This document shows, one piece after another, positions 10,691 through 20,685 of a stretch of 64,000 bases of DNA. The position numbers and the translations under genes were made by a program. The notes below the pieces were generated by a model. It saw only the letters and a program-made list of their open reading frames with translations, did not search any database and was not told the origin of the DNA. The stretch is from the IMG/VR virus record IMGVR_UViG_3300030109_004112; one strand, given 5' to 3'. Each line of letters opens with the position of its first letter. Position 1 is the first letter of the stretch. The DNA comes from an uncultured virus (IMG/VR IMGVR_UViG_3300030109_004112). Its lineage: Duplodnaviria > Heunggongvirae > Uroviricota > Caudoviricetes.

Positions 10691-12913
10691 TTATAACCAT
10701 ACCGTAGTACCCAATCCATTCATAGCGTTGAACAGTGGTTGCATATCCCACTTAGCCAAAACGTAGTAGGGCTCTAATTTCTTCACTATGAATCGCTTGA
10801 CCAGTATCGAGAATCCTATTTCCTCTATGCCATCTATTTCAGAGGGCTCATCAAATGCTATGTATTTCCCCTTCGTATTGATTGTTACCTTGAAGAAGGA
10901 CCCCTTTCGATAGCCCTTGCCTAGAAATTCGTTAGCCCAAGCAGCCCCCGCACTGGGTCCCGACAACTGTTTGTAATTACCCAAGTCCTTTTTCAATTCC
11001 CCCTTCATACACAAATCATCAACTGCGATGTTTCCCTGCATAACGTCATCTATGAGGTCACGGACGGCACTGGTAACTTCCTCTTCTCGCAATCCACTAA
11101 GCATCCCAGTGATTACATCACTCATAACAGTTTTCATCACCTTCGGCATTCTCGATTGTTTCATTTCTATGCCTTTGTAATATGGTTTGGGTTCGTGAGT
11201 CTTCCCATCCGTCCATTCCACAAGTCCGGCATATCTATTCTTTGCTAGGATTATCATACGCGAACACCACTTCTCAAACTCTACTTCTATGGGAGTCATT
11301 TCGGCGTTGATAGAGGCCGTCTTTGTCGTTCCGGCCTGTGGGGTAGGGATGATGCAAAACACGCTGTCTGTGTGGCCGTAAATGACCCGCATTCCCCTCT
11401 TCTCAGCCTCTTCCTTTAGTCTTCCCAAAGTAGCCCTGCTTGTGTAGGTAATTGCCGATGCAACCTCGGGGTGATAGAGCCCATACTTGGCATCTCCGGC
11501 CACCCCATACATAGAGGCTACTAGGGATTTACAAGCAAACTGCATTGTGTCCCATTTATCATAGTTTTCGGGCTCTGTTTTCATCAAAGACTTGTAGTGG
11601 TTGCGGAGATTGGTCATATAATCCATTTGTCTAACCAACAGTCCCGGCTCACCCAAGTTGAATCTAGTACCATTACCACAATCAACCCCGGTTTCATCCA
11701 AGGTGTCCCAAGAAATATTACTCTGTCTAGCATTACTATGGTACATGGCCTTAACATCTAGGATTCCTACGTTATCATAGATACCCGGAACTGGCTCCAT
11801 TACTTCCGCCCCCGAATATTTCACCTTATCGAATTGTGGTCTTGTTGGTATTCTCTTTTCAAATTGTTTATCTCTAAGAGCAAGAATGGTAAATGTTTTT
11901 GTAACGAATGGCGTGGAGCGAATATCGCATTGAACCAAGTGCTGAACGGATGTGTAATAATTGAGCGCATTTATCTTGTTATCCAACATGGGGAGTAGTC
12001 TAACGTCTTGTCTACAATAGTGAATGTATGTCGCTATATCGCTGTGGTATGTATCGTGTCCGTCCGGTAACTCTACCTTGTCCTTCTTCAATACCTCTAA
12101 AGCAACATCACTCAAACCGTAGGCCGGGAGTTTCCCATTCTTTATTTCCCACAGTTTGGAAAACGCTATCATCAAATCTATACAATTCCTTCCCACTATG
12201 GGTTGGTCCCAATCCCCATAATTGTAATTGACTCTAGCATAGGGGGATAAATCATATGGATTGAGGTGGTTCTTCCTCATCCTCTCCATTATTGTCTTAA
12301 TGTCCGCTCCCGTAACAAACCAACCTGTTATGATGTCGGGGTCCTGTCTCTTCATGTGCTTTACGAAATGTTGGAGCATTTCTCTTTCGGTATTGAACGC
12401 GAGGGCGGGAGTGCTATACTCGTAGTCCCCTATCTTGTCGTATTTTCCAGCCGCGTATTCCGGGTGTACGAACCAAACGTATTCGTTGTCTGTGAAATTA
12501 TCATACACCACCATGACCCTTAGTTGCTTGGTCAGAGGGGACCATTCACAATCCAAATACCATATCCTATGGTCGTAGTTCGGTATGGGTTCATGACCGT
12601 CGTTACATCTATCGGACAAAACCCTGTTGACGTAGGGTATATTTCCTTCCCATGTCTCCATTCTCTTATTGAGGTAAGAAATATCCTCCGGACTAGCCAC
12701 TGTTATCTTACTTAATGGTTCACCATAGACACCCTCGTAACCATCCTCCACCTTTACTGCTTCCGCTAGATGCTCACTATCGTCCTCGTGAACGAAGCAG
12801 TACGGCCAGTAGCCGCCTATAGTCATAGTCTGACGCTTACGCTCTTCATCACGGAAGCGCACAACAACGTCGCGCCCCCTACCCCTCGTTACTATCAACC
12901 TATCGCCTTCCAC
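10691..12913 (-). CDS. polB: Family B DNA polymerase with 3'-5' exonuclease
   Basis: ExoI YLDCEW, ExoII GWFVTGADI, ExoIII YCRQDV; Pol motifs DVKAMYHS, KSLVASMYG, YGHTDS, KNRYAG, KGIEMK. Confidence 0.93.
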   Translation of the reverse strand: MEGDRLIVTRGRGRDVVVRFRDEERKRQTMTIGGYWPYCFVHEDDSEHLAEAVKVEDGYEGVYGEPLSKITVASPEDISYLNKRMETWEGNIPYVNRVLSDRCNDGHEPIPNYDHRIWYLDCEWSPLTKQLRVMVVYDNFTDNEYVWFVHPEYAAGKYDKIGDYEYSTPALAFNTEREMLQHFVKHMKRQDPDIITGWFVTGADIKTIMERMRKNHLNPYDLSPYARVNYNYGDWDQPIVGRNCIDLMIAFSKLWEIKNGKLPAYGLSDVALEVLKKDKVELPDGHDTYHSDIATYIHYCRQDVRLLPMLDNKINALNYYTSVQHLVQCDIRSTPFVTKTFTILALRDKQFEKRIPTRPQFDKVKYSGAEVMEPVPGIYDNVGILDVKAMYHSNARQSNISWDTLDETGVDCGNGTRFNLGEPGLLVRQMDYMTNLRNHYKSLMKTEPENYDKWDTMQFACKSLVASMYGVAGDAKYGLYHPEVASAITYTSRATLGRLKEEAEKRGMRVIYGHTDSVFCIIPTPQAGTTKTASINAEMTPIEVEFEKWCSRMIILAKNRYAGLVEWTDGKTHEPKPYYKGIEMKQSRMPKVMKTVMSDVITGMLSGLREEEVTSAVRDLIDDVMQGNIAVDDLCMKGELKKDLGNYKQLSGPSAGAAWANEFLGKGYRKGSFFKVTINTKGKYIAFDEPSEIDGIEEIGFSILVKRFIVKKLEPYYVLAKWDMQPLFNAMNGLGTTVWL

Positions 12914-13241
12914 GCGGCCTAGGAGGTATTTGGTACTTCTTCAACCACTTGTAGACAGCCATAGGGGAAATATCGAACTGGTCCGCTATTTCTTGGAGGG
13001 TTCTGCACTGCACTATGTATTCGTGCTCTAGCCAGTCCTTGTTCCGGTAAAGGGGTTCCTCCTCCTTCTTTTGAATAGATATTTTCATGTGGTACTCATA
13101 ACCAGTTTCCTCTTCTACCCACGCTCTCTCAGTCTTGCCTATCTCCGGCAATAGTAATTCCATTAGCCAAAGACTCAGTCCCTCATGCGTAGCCTTACCT
13201 ATCTTCTCTCCTTCCCATTCTCCATAATTGTATTCAGTCAT
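12900..13241 (-). CDS. HTH DNA-binding protein
   Basis: C-terminal LYRNKDWLEHEY...RTLQEIADQFDISPMAVYKWLKK helix-turn-helix. Confidence 0.7.
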   Translation of the reverse strand: MTEYNYGEWEGEKIGKATHEGLSLWLMELLLPEIGKTERAWVEEETGYEYHMKISIQKKEEEPLYRNKDWLEHEYIVQCRTLQEIADQFDISPMAVYKWLKKYQIPPRPRGRR

Positions 13242-14131
13242 TTGCTCTCCTCCGTTAGTATCTCCGCTTGGAATATGAAATCCCCATTGTGGAGTAGTAG
13301 TAGTAAGGGCATACCCTGTCCTTCTTCCTTGAAGGGAAGGAATACCATTTTTATCTGTCCGTTAACGGACTTGAGAACATTGTCTAGTCCTCCTCCATAG
13401 GTACATGAGAATGATTCGACGGACGTAGAAAATATGCGTGTATTAGTCTTATCATAGGTCAGAGTAACGTCAGTGTCCCCCACCAAGTCTATCTCGGTCG
13501 TGGTACGTCCCTTGGTGTAGCCCCCAACAGAAGCAGTAAAGAAACCCTCATGGAGTGTTTGTATCGGCTGGTTCCAAGACAGAGTATATTTATTCATCTT
13601 CTGTCCGTTGATGCTATCACACCTAAGAGCCTCGTACAAATCATTAGCATCCACCGCAAACGTGGCAAGGGGTAGTCTCTTTGTGCCGTCCTTCAACTCG
13701 TATGAGCCATCAGGACCGAACTTAGCCACTCTAAGGATAGATTGTTTTTCCCAGTCTTCCAATAGTGTGGGAGTATGCAAAAACGCCCTGCAATTACCAT
13801 TACTGGTAATGGTGGTCTGCTTCTTTCCCGACTTTATCTTCAATCTACCTCCGGCCTTATCATAGGTCAGAGTAACTTGATTACCATGCTGTTTGAGAAT
13901 CCCTAAGAGGTCCGATATACTACTCACTGGGAATGCCCCCGTGCCTTCACATGGAGTTGAGAAAACGGAGAGGGAAGTAACCCCATCCTTAACCAAGGAA
14001 CACGTCGAAGCCCTACTACCGTCGGCTCTGATGATACACGCAACCACTTGGTCCTGTAAAGACCCCGCTACCACTTGCTTGCGTTGAGTCCTCTGTAGTA
14101 GGGTGACTAGATTATTACAATCAATCTTCAT
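13238..14131 (-). CDS. PCNA-like sliding clamp
   Basis: About 297 aa with clamp-like helix/strand pattern (MKIDCNNLVTLL...; VTLTYDK...LKIKSG; PLLLLLHNGDFIFQA); lies between PolB and RFC. Confidence 0.65.
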   Translation of the reverse strand: MKIDCNNLVTLLQRTQRKQVVAGSLQDQVVACIIRADGSRASTCSLVKDGVTSLSVFSTPCEGTGAFPVSSISDLLGILKQHGNQVTLTYDKAGGRLKIKSGKKQTTITSNGNCRAFLHTPTLLEDWEKQSILRVAKFGPDGSYELKDGTKRLPLATFAVDANDLYEALRCDSINGQKMNKYTLSWNQPIQTLHEGFFTASVGGYTKGRTTTEIDLVGDTDVTLTYDKTNTRIFSTSVESFSCTYGGGLDNVLKSVNGQIKMVFLPFKEEGQGMPLLLLLHNGDFIFQAEILTEESK

Positions 14132-15086
14132 TGATAGCATCATCTTCACCCCACTTCAAGAAGGGCAGACCGGTCCATTCTACATTACCATCCTTAACAC
14201 TGAGGATGGTGTGGGTAGTTCCAAGGAACTCCATGTTCTTACCCTTCATCTCCTCGATGGAAGCCTTGATTACCCATTCATTTTCTGCTAGACCCTTATC
14301 TACCTTGACACCAGCCGCTCGGTCCCCCTTCTTAGTGTATCTCGTTAGGAACAACTGTTGGGAAAAGTATCTCATAGTCCCCTTGTCCCACTCCGGCCTC
14401 TCACCGACTGTCATTAGTACCTTCTTACCAGTACCGTCATCGGCAAACTGCTTCTCTTCCTTTAGATGGAAGGTATAGAATACTCTCTCTACGGGAAGAC
14501 CGTGAACTCTGCTCATCGTGTCTCTGTAAATCTTGTTTCGTACTCGCCACTCCGCTTGGTTGAACTTCTCCCCATCCTCTACGTTTACTGGGTTCTTTGA
14601 ACGTGTCATCAACCAGTGAGTCATAGCATGTTCGCACCACTTGAGATAGGAAGACATACCATCCATAATGATTGCTCCATACTCACCGGGCTTCTCTGCC
14701 ATTTCCTGTGCTAGAATATTGATGTACCAATTGACCTTATCAATCAGCGCAACGTAGTTAACTGAGTTGTCCTCATTGAAGATACTGTCGTCCGTCTCGT
14801 CGTGGAGAGGGATAACTACGATGTTTGGGTTATCCCCGTAGATGTGTTCTACGGTAGCCTGTGCGCTGTTATCTACATCGAAGATTACGGTCTTCTTGTT
14901 AGGGTCGCACATAGAAAGCGCAGTACCAGTCTTAGCAGTGTTCTCCCTACCTACTAGGGACATTCTAACCGGGACTGATTGCGCCCTTACGGTGAGGAAC
15001 CTATTCCTGTAATACTCCTCGTTGTAGGCAAACTTGGGCCCCTCGGGGGGAGCGGTGGTGGTCGGGGTAACATTACCCCAACTCAC
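14121..15086 (-). CDS. P-loop ATPase, RecA/Sak4(AAA_24)-like recombination protein
   Basis: Walker A variant GRENTAKT, VIFDVD, Walker B AIIMDG, FYTFH; GTGA overlap start. Confidence 0.7.
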   Translation of the reverse strand: MSWGNVTPTTTAPPEGPKFAYNEEYYRNRFLTVRAQSVPVRMSLVGRENTAKTGTALSMCDPNKKTVIFDVDNSAQATVEHIYGDNPNIVVIPLHDETDDSIFNEDNSVNYVALIDKVNWYINILAQEMAEKPGEYGAIIMDGMSSYLKWCEHAMTHWLMTRSKNPVNVEDGEKFNQAEWRVRNKIYRDTMSRVHGLPVERVFYTFHLKEEKQFADDGTGKKVLMTVGERPEWDKGTMRYFSQQLFLTRYTKKGDRAAGVKVDKGLAENEWVIKASIEEMKGKNMEFLGTTHTILSVKDGNVEWTGLPFLKWGEDDAINED

Positions 15087-16288
15087 GCATCCCACCCCTC
15101 TTCGTTATCCATAGACATCCCACCTACGGACTCAACTTGGTCAAAGGCCCACCATCCGTTGACGGAAAGCCTCATGTCGCCCTCGTTTCCTCTCCAAGTC
15201 TGCCCAACAAGCATAACCTTGGTTCCTACTGCAAAGTCAACTAGGTTCTCTTGAGAAGCAGGGACATATACGTCCACAGTATCAGCCATGGAAGTCATAT
15301 CTAGGTCGGCGCAAATCATCACGCATCCCCCCTTGTCCCTAGGGTCTATGTGTATTACCTCTGTTGGTACGACCAACATTCTATCATACCAGCCAGCCTG
15401 TTCGCGGTACGTGTTGTAGTAATTCTCCAACCCTGCTAGGGAAGGTAGTGTGTCCTCCGGCAAGTATGTCGGCATCAGTCCTAGAGCCGACTGACCATCT
15501 CGGTAGATGATAGGTGGTTCAGGGAATAGAGTAGACTTGTCCTCGTCTGCAACAAACTCGGTCACCCCGTCCTTGACGTAGGCACTGTCTCCGTTCCTAG
15601 CCGGACGTAGGGAAACCCTACCCGGTATGAAAGTTGGGAACTGAATATCTGCTCCCTTTCCGTTGCCACTGACTCTGATAGGCTTCCACTCTCCACCGTC
15701 TCCCTCTTGCCGGCCAAAGAATAGACATACTCTCTCCTTCTCATCCTGTGGGCGAGCCCTACCGAACTTGAAATTAGCATCTCCGCTTGGGAAGGTTGGG
15801 TTGTTCTTGTCCCACACCACATAGAAGTGGGTGTTGGAGTCTAGTGCCATGGTGTGCTTTGGTAGGCTATCTACCTCAGACGTGCCTCCGAAGTCATCCC
15901 TTGATGAGCGGGTGTAAGTACCGTCGTGGTTGTTCTCAAAGATGACTACTGCGCCTTGCTCTACTAGGGCTGTCTTCATTCCCTCGTCTGCCCCAACCAA
16001 TTGGTTCTTCATCTTGTTGTAGAGAATCTTTCCCCACTCCTTTGGGCGCGGGACGCTTACAAACATTCCCTCAAACCATACCGCACCGCTACGGCGCATA
16101 CTCGCCTGTTCGTTATTTATCTGCCTTGCTGCTACACGCATAGAAAGAATGTCTATGTCCTCATCGGACTTGCCCGCGTTCTTCCACGCGGCCCCTTGGT
16201 CCTCTCGGACCGAAAGCGACTTTGCCTTAAGCCGCTCCAAATCTATCCCTATACTGTTAGCCATGTTGTTCAATATCTGCTCGTTCAT
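15083..16288 (-). CDS. RPA-like ssDNA-binding protein (OB folds)
   Basis: OB-like C-terminus (FAVGTKVMLVGQTWRG...LSVNGWW), acidic tail, position in replisome operon. Confidence 0.55.
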   Translation of the reverse strand: MNEQILNNMANSIGIDLERLKAKSLSVREDQGAAWKNAGKSDEDIDILSMRVAARQINNEQASMRRSGAVWFEGMFVSVPRPKEWGKILYNKMKNQLVGADEGMKTALVEQGAVVIFENNHDGTYTRSSRDDFGGTSEVDSLPKHTMALDSNTHFYVVWDKNNPTFPSGDANFKFGRARPQDEKERVCLFFGRQEGDGGEWKPIRVSGNGKGADIQFPTFIPGRVSLRPARNGDSAYVKDGVTEFVADEDKSTLFPEPPIIYRDGQSALGLMPTYLPEDTLPSLAGLENYYNTYREQAGWYDRMLVVPTEVIHIDPRDKGGCVMICADLDMTSMADTVDVYVPASQENLVDFAVGTKVMLVGQTWRGNEGDMRLSVNGWWAFDQVESVGGMSMDNEEGWDA

Positions 16289-17262
16289 ATTCTACCTCTC
16301 CGGTTATTTTCCCCTATCTTCACGGGGTTATAAGTATCGCGGTCAACACACATTCTCACGAAATTGTGCCCCACTATTTCCTCATGTACCCCCGCTATCA
16401 AGTCCCGCTCGCTTGTTGTTGCGGCGTTCACGACTCTCATTTTTGAGTCCGGACTTGCGCTACTACTAATAGCATAGGTGAATATATCTCTTATGGTGTT
16501 CCTAAGTGAGTCGGGCCTTTGTTGTACCATTTCGGCCGCACCCTCAAAGTCTCGTTCCTTGAAGCAAAGAGTTAGGTAGGCTTCGGAATGGAAATCCCTT
16601 CCCTCCAAACCATTCAACCAAGCATCAGCATCTTCATGACCTGACGCTAGTTTGATACTGTGGTATGCCTGTAAAGCGTTTATGCTCCTTCGTAAATCTC
16701 CACTGTGGTTCCTACATATCCTATGTAGGTTGGTTTCTGTTATCTCGACACCCTCTGCTCCGCATATGTGTCTCAGTCTAGTAAATGCATCCTCGTCACT
16801 TATTGTTTGGAATGTCAGAGTCTCGCACCTAGATAGAAGATAATCACTAATCTTACTCTTGTCGTTACAAGTCAAGATGAACGTCCCCTGTGAATTTTCA
16901 ATGACTCCCTTGAGGGCGGATTGTGCCGCAGGGGTCAACTGGTCAGCCTCATCAAGAAGGAACACCTGTTCCCTAACTCCGTTACGGGACATCGGTAGTA
17001 ACTGCTCCTCAACAAACTCTATCCCCCTAGTTTTCTTGCTACTAGCATTGAAGATGTGTATAGGCCAACCGGCCTCCTTAGCCAAAACTATCGCTGTGCT
17101 TGTCTTTCCAGTTCCCGGTTCCGTGCTGTAAAATAACCAGTGTGTTGATAATCTATTTTCCCTTCCCTGTTGAGAATGGGTGAACAGACGTGAATGCACG
17201 TCCGACTGTCCCACAATATCCTCTAGTCTCTCCGGCCTATATTTCTCCGCCCAATTCTTCAT
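16285..17262 (-). CDS. rfcS: Replication factor C small subunit (clamp loader)
   Basis: WAEKYRPERLEDIVGQ, PGTGKT, FNAS, LLDEAD, AQSAL, SRC, GDLRRSINALQ. Confidence 0.93.
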   Translation of the reverse strand: MKNWAEKYRPERLEDIVGQSDVHSRLFTHSQQGRENRLSTHWLFYSTEPGTGKTSTAIVLAKEAGWPIHIFNASSKKTRGIEFVEEQLLPMSRNGVREQVFLLDEADQLTPAAQSALKGVIENSQGTFILTCNDKSKISDYLLSRCETLTFQTISDEDAFTRLRHICGAEGVEITETNLHRICRNHSGDLRRSINALQAYHSIKLASGHEDADAWLNGLEGRDFHSEAYLTLCFKERDFEGAAEMVQQRPDSLRNTIRDIFTYAISSSASPDSKMRVVNAATTSERDLIAGVHEEIVGHNFVRMCVDRDTYNPVKIGENNRRGRI

Positions 17263-17274
17263 TATTTCTCCCCC

Positions 17275-17679
17275 TCATTCAAAATCACCTACCAATCCTT
17301 CCATCAGTAGATTTTCTAGTGCTGTGTAGATGTTACACATCTCAATGTGCGAACTTCTCAGTGTAACCATGTCCTTATCTCGCAGGTCCGCTTCAAGGGA
17401 CAGTGTAATACCCATCATAATACCCCTTATGAACTCCGGACTCCATTGTTTACAGTAGTTGGATTCTATGTCCTCCATTTCATTCATAGGTTCCATAGTT
17501 TCATCCAACGAAGAGTAAAGGGCTAAAGAACGACGCCCCAAAAGAACGACGGCCAAGTTCTCCGGTGAAAGAATGTCGTTCATCTTCCTTCCGGCGGGAT
17601 TACCAGTTATCTGTCCTATCATATCCATCATCATCCTAACCCATTCATCATTGTTCTCGTCCATGAGATAAATAGTCAA
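17275..17679 (-). CDS. Hypothetical protein
   Basis: ORF in operon. Confidence 0.55.
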   Translation of the reverse strand: MTIYLMDENNDEWVRMMMDMIGQITGNPAGRKMNDILSPENLAVVLLGRRSLALYSSLDETMEPMNEMEDIESNYCKQWSPEFIRGIMMGITLSLEADLRDKDMVTLRSSHIEMCNIYTALENLLMEGLVGDFE

Positions 17680-17905
17680 ACAGTGTTGTATAGACCTTCG
17701 TTATCTCAATCTCCTTTTCTTCAATTACATATGTTACGGAACCACCCCTAGTAAATCTAGGTGATATCTCTAAACACTTCCCACATTCCTTTAGGGTTCG
17801 TGCGTACTTATCCGTCATACACCAGTCGGGCCAAGATAACCAAGTGGTATCTCCACACAACCTACCGTCGCCACTGTCTATGTGTATTTTGCTAGGGGCC
17901 CTCAT
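17648..17905 (-). CDS. Small Cys/His (Zn-binding) protein
   Basis: H...LCG...CGKC; ATGA overlap with upstream gene. Confidence 0.5.
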   Translation of the reverse strand: MRAPSKIHIDSGDGRLCGDTTWLSWPDWCMTDKYARTLKECGKCLEISPRFTRGGSVTYVIEEKEIEITKVYTTLFDYLSHGREQ

Positions 17906-18141
17906 TCTACCTTCTCCTTGTAATCCTTATGACTTCTAGGTAAAAGATGTCTCCTTCTTTCTGCCAAGTTATCTATCAATTCTGCAACCTTTGTTGCGCC
18001 TTTGTTGAAGCGACTCAAAGATATGTCGTCGCGTTCGGGAACCATCTGTTCCTTCAACATATCTAATGGTATCTCTCTCAAGACATACTTGAGAATTTCG
18101 TATTCCACTATGGGTATCTTCTGTATCTTTGCCTTCGCCAT
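17902..18141 (-). CDS. Hypothetical protein, probably leaderless
   Basis: ATG lies 41 nt from the conserved promoter core at 18182. Confidence 0.6.
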   Translation of the reverse strand: MAKAKIQKIPIVEYEILKYVLREIPLDMLKEQMVPERDDISLSRFNKGATKVAELIDNLAERRRHLLPRSHKDYKEKVE

Positions 18142-18164
18142 AAATACAATTAGACCCGACGGTC

Positions 18165-18190
18165 TTTAATCTTTGCGCTTCGGTGAGTTT
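18165..18190 (-). promoter_or_regulatory. Conserved viral promoter element, copy 1
   Basis: Minus strand AAACTCACCGAAGCGCAAAGATTAAA. Confidence 0.7.
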
Positions 18191-18588
18191 ATCTTTCTGA
18201 TACAGGCTAGACAAATATCCTCTCCCTCTCTCAAAACTCTTACTCTTCCGCAGGGGGGACATTTACTAGCCTTCCTTTTCTCGCTTGGGGTCATAACAGT
18301 GGGACTTCGTGTGTGGGTTATGTCTTCCTTATCTCTTATGATGTTTCTATCCACGTCATATACTAAATGTTGTGTTTTTATTCCTATCGCGTTCTCGACA
18401 AATTGTGTACCTACTGCTATTATCTGTGAATTTTTACACAATATGGAAGATAGACTATGGGGTGACGGTATATTTCTTACTGATTTTTCCTTAGCCAAAA
18501 GAGCAGCCATAGCCTCTTTAGTCATAGCCCCATGCTCAAATAATAATGCTACTACTATACGCCTAATACGTCGGTTGTTCGCACTCAT
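18166..18588 (-). CDS. Winged-helix (DUF3860-like) protein with C-terminal Zn finger
   Basis: LFEHGAMTKEAM...PSPHSLSSILCKN; CPPC...CLAC. Confidence 0.6.
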   Translation of the reverse strand: MSANNRRIRRIVVALLFEHGAMTKEAMAALLAKEKSVRNIPSPHSLSSILCKNSQIIAVGTQFVENAIGIKTQHLVYDVDRNIIRDKEDITHTRSPTVMTPSEKRKASKCPPCGRVRVLREGEDICLACIRKINSPKRKD

Positions 18589-18623
18589 GTTGATATAACG
18601 AAGGGAAGGGTATTTGAGGCTTT

Positions 18624-18800
18624 CTAGTCATCCTGATTCATCCATATCATAGTATTGGTGAAACTACTTGCTTCGTTATTTGCACTTTGTGGGCCTTGCT
18701 GTACTACTATACCCCCATTGAAGATATTGTGTAGCCATATACTAATAAAGTTAAGACCCCAAAATGTCAAACAACAAAATACCCCGGTCCCTAAATCCAT
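18624..18800 (-). CDS. Small membrane protein (58 aa, not in ORF track)
   Basis: Manual translation MDLGTGVFCCLTFWGLNFISIWLHNIF...; overlaps the upstream stop. Confidence 0.5.
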   Translation of the reverse strand: MDLGTGVFCCLTFWGLNFISIWLHNIFNGGIVVQQGPQSANNEASSFTNTMIWMNQDD

Positions 18801-19399
18801 TCATTAACCCTCTCCTTTTTCTTCTTCATTTTACTGGGTAGAACCTCATTGGTGTCCCTCACCTCGTTAGCGACAGCCTTGTTGTTTTTAATTATTGTTT
18901 CCCAGTATTTATCTCTAGATGTGAATGGGTAAGGTATTTCTTCCTGTACCCTCTTCTTGGTAGGGTACTTAACGTGCCTAACGTCGGGAGTAATACCAAA
19001 TGCTATCAGAGCCTTGGTGTATTCATCATCTAGGATTAATGTCCCGGCAATCTCTCTCCAAAAATCCATTTGGTGTGGTATGTTGGCTCTAGCAAACGCT
19101 AAGGCTAGAGGGATGGGCGCATTCTCTATTTCGGAAAGCACCCTGTCTCTATCAGACCAAGAAAGCATAGCAGAACAGGCACGAACATAATTTTCCTTCT
19201 TCCTCTTCTCTAGGCTTTCGTCTATTATCACACTACCCTCGCTCTTTTTTGTTATCTTGGGGTACTTGTCGGTAACTATTACTAGTCGGTGTCTTATCTC
19301 CGGCAACCATTCTAGGACGTTCTTCTCAGTGAACTTGTCCGTGTGAAAAATATAGGTGGTGTTCTCGTTGATGGGAGGGGAACACATCACTCCAAACAT
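18791..19399 (-). CDS. Replication-operon protein, possibly a degenerate RFC large subunit
   Basis: No P-loop; segment IPLALAFARANIP resembles the RFC-L collar region; frame open upstream to 19474. Confidence 0.4.
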   Translation of the reverse strand: MFGVMCSPPINENTTYIFHTDKFTEKNVLEWLPEIRHRLVIVTDKYPKITKKSEGSVIIDESLEKRKKENYVRACSAMLSWSDRDRVLSEIENAPIPLALAFARANIPHQMDFWREIAGTLILDDEYTKALIAFGITPDVRHVKYPTKKRVQEEIPYPFTSRDKYWETIIKNNKAVANEVRDTNEVLPSKMKKKKERVNEWI

Positions 19400-19449
19400 T
19401 TCAACGTAGTGACCCGCTTTGAAAGGCTCACTGTGCTTTGAAAATATTA

Positions 19450-19743
19450 CTACTCCGATGAAGATTCCCCCACCTTAATATCACTCATAAAGGGGTCGTT
19501 GATTAATATGTAGTCTCTCACTCTTCTATACTGTGCTTTGGAAAGACCCCATGCTTCCATTACCGATTTAGCAGTAAGAGAATACCCCCAAAAAGACCAG
19601 TGAATCCCATCAGACATTATGTAGGATGTCAACCCATCCTCCTTCATGGCCTCTATTAGAAGACACATCTCCTTGGCGGGGATTGTGCGAGCAAACAGAC
19701 TACGCTTAGGGCCAACCCTCCACGTCTTTGTCTTCCCTCTCAT
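19450..19743 (-). CDS. Hypothetical protein
   Basis: ATGA-coupled ORF in operon. Confidence 0.55.
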   Translation of the reverse strand: MRGKTKTWRVGPKRSLFARTIPAKEMCLLIEAMKEDGLTSYIMSDGIHWSFWGYSLTAKSVMEAWGLSKAQYRRVRDYILINDPFMSDIKVGESSSE

Positions 19744-20411
19744 CCAATAACCTCGTAATCCGTATCAATAATATGCGTGGGTGTTTTGAGGGCGGCCATC
19801 CTCAACTCCACATCGTCTAATATTTCGGGGTGGTGTCTGAGAGATTCAACTAGGATTCTACTAAGACTATCCATCCTAGCCTCTGCTAGTAATAATTGTG
19901 AGTCTACACCAATCTCCTTCTTCAATTGACCCACCAACTTGAGAGAGGCGTTAGCCTGTCCTATCAACCTTGTAGCATCAGAAACAAACTCCGATGACAT
20001 ACCCTCAACAGATTTCATTTCATCCAACTCATCTAGATACCCCATTATCCTATTTACAATGCTCTCAGCCGTGTCTAAGGTATCTATTGATTGTTTCCTA
20101 GCCTCCTCTATATGCGTGGCCTCAGACGCGCTGTATTCGATATGGTCAGTCATGTGGGTCATGGATGTCCCCTCGTTCCAGCCATGTCTCTCATCAGCAT
20201 AATGAGTAGTAACATCATCAGACTTCAATTCTATTTCAAGAGCGCGTCTATCGGAATCAGCCATCGAACAGAAGGGACAGTCAGTTGCCAGTACCCACTG
20301 TAATACATCTATGACGAAGGCGTCAACCTCACGACCCATTCTCTGTTCTATTTCTCTTCTAGTTCTCATTACAATCATACTCCTCGGCGCACCACTGCGT
20401 TCCCGCTTCAC
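19740..20411 (-). CDS. Zn-binding helical protein (terminase small subunit-like?)
   Basis: CPFC...HMTDH, coiled-coil, C-terminal IIDTDYEV; true start probably downstream of 20411. Confidence 0.4.
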   Translation of the reverse strand: MKRERSGAPRSMIVMRTRREIEQRMGREVDAFVIDVLQWVLATDCPFCSMADSDRRALEIELKSDDVTTHYADERHGWNEGTSMTHMTDHIEYSASEATHIEEARKQSIDTLDTAESIVNRIMGYLDELDEMKSVEGMSSEFVSDATRLIGQANASLKLVGQLKKEIGVDSQLLLAEARMDSLSRILVESLRHHPEILDDVELRMAALKTPTHIIDTDYEVIG

Positions 20412-20685
20412 TTAAGTCCCAAATTGTAGTTTGGGCCTGTCTATCTATCCCCTTGGAAATCACTCTGTAATCCTTTCCTAGAAGTGCGCCCAACTTTCTA
20501 TTATTCATAGCGTATCTAGTATTCCTCAACAACTTACCATTAATCAACGTGCTTTGCGACCTAAGTTGTTCCGTGCTGCTTTCACCGTTGAAGTACATGT
20601 ATCTAAGCGCACCTAGAACCATGAAGGACTTCTTATGTTTGGTCGCCAAAAACCCGGTTCGCTTCTTGAATCCATCCATCTTCAT
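20359..20685 (-). CDS. Winged-helix (DUF3860-like) protein
   Basis: YFNGESSTEQL...NNRKLGALLGKD...TIWDL. Confidence 0.55.
   Translation of the reverse strand: MKMDGFKKRTGFLATKHKKSFMVLGALRYMYFNGESSTEQLRSQSTLINGKLLRNTRYAMNNRKLGALLGKDYRVISKGIDRQAQTTIWDLSEAGTQWCAEEYDCNEN

Noticed and set aside
10691..12913. PolB as an inactivated polymerase or pseudogene
   Set aside because: ORF is intact, both catalytic Asp and the exonuclease motifs are retained, and it is the only replicative polymerase in the window
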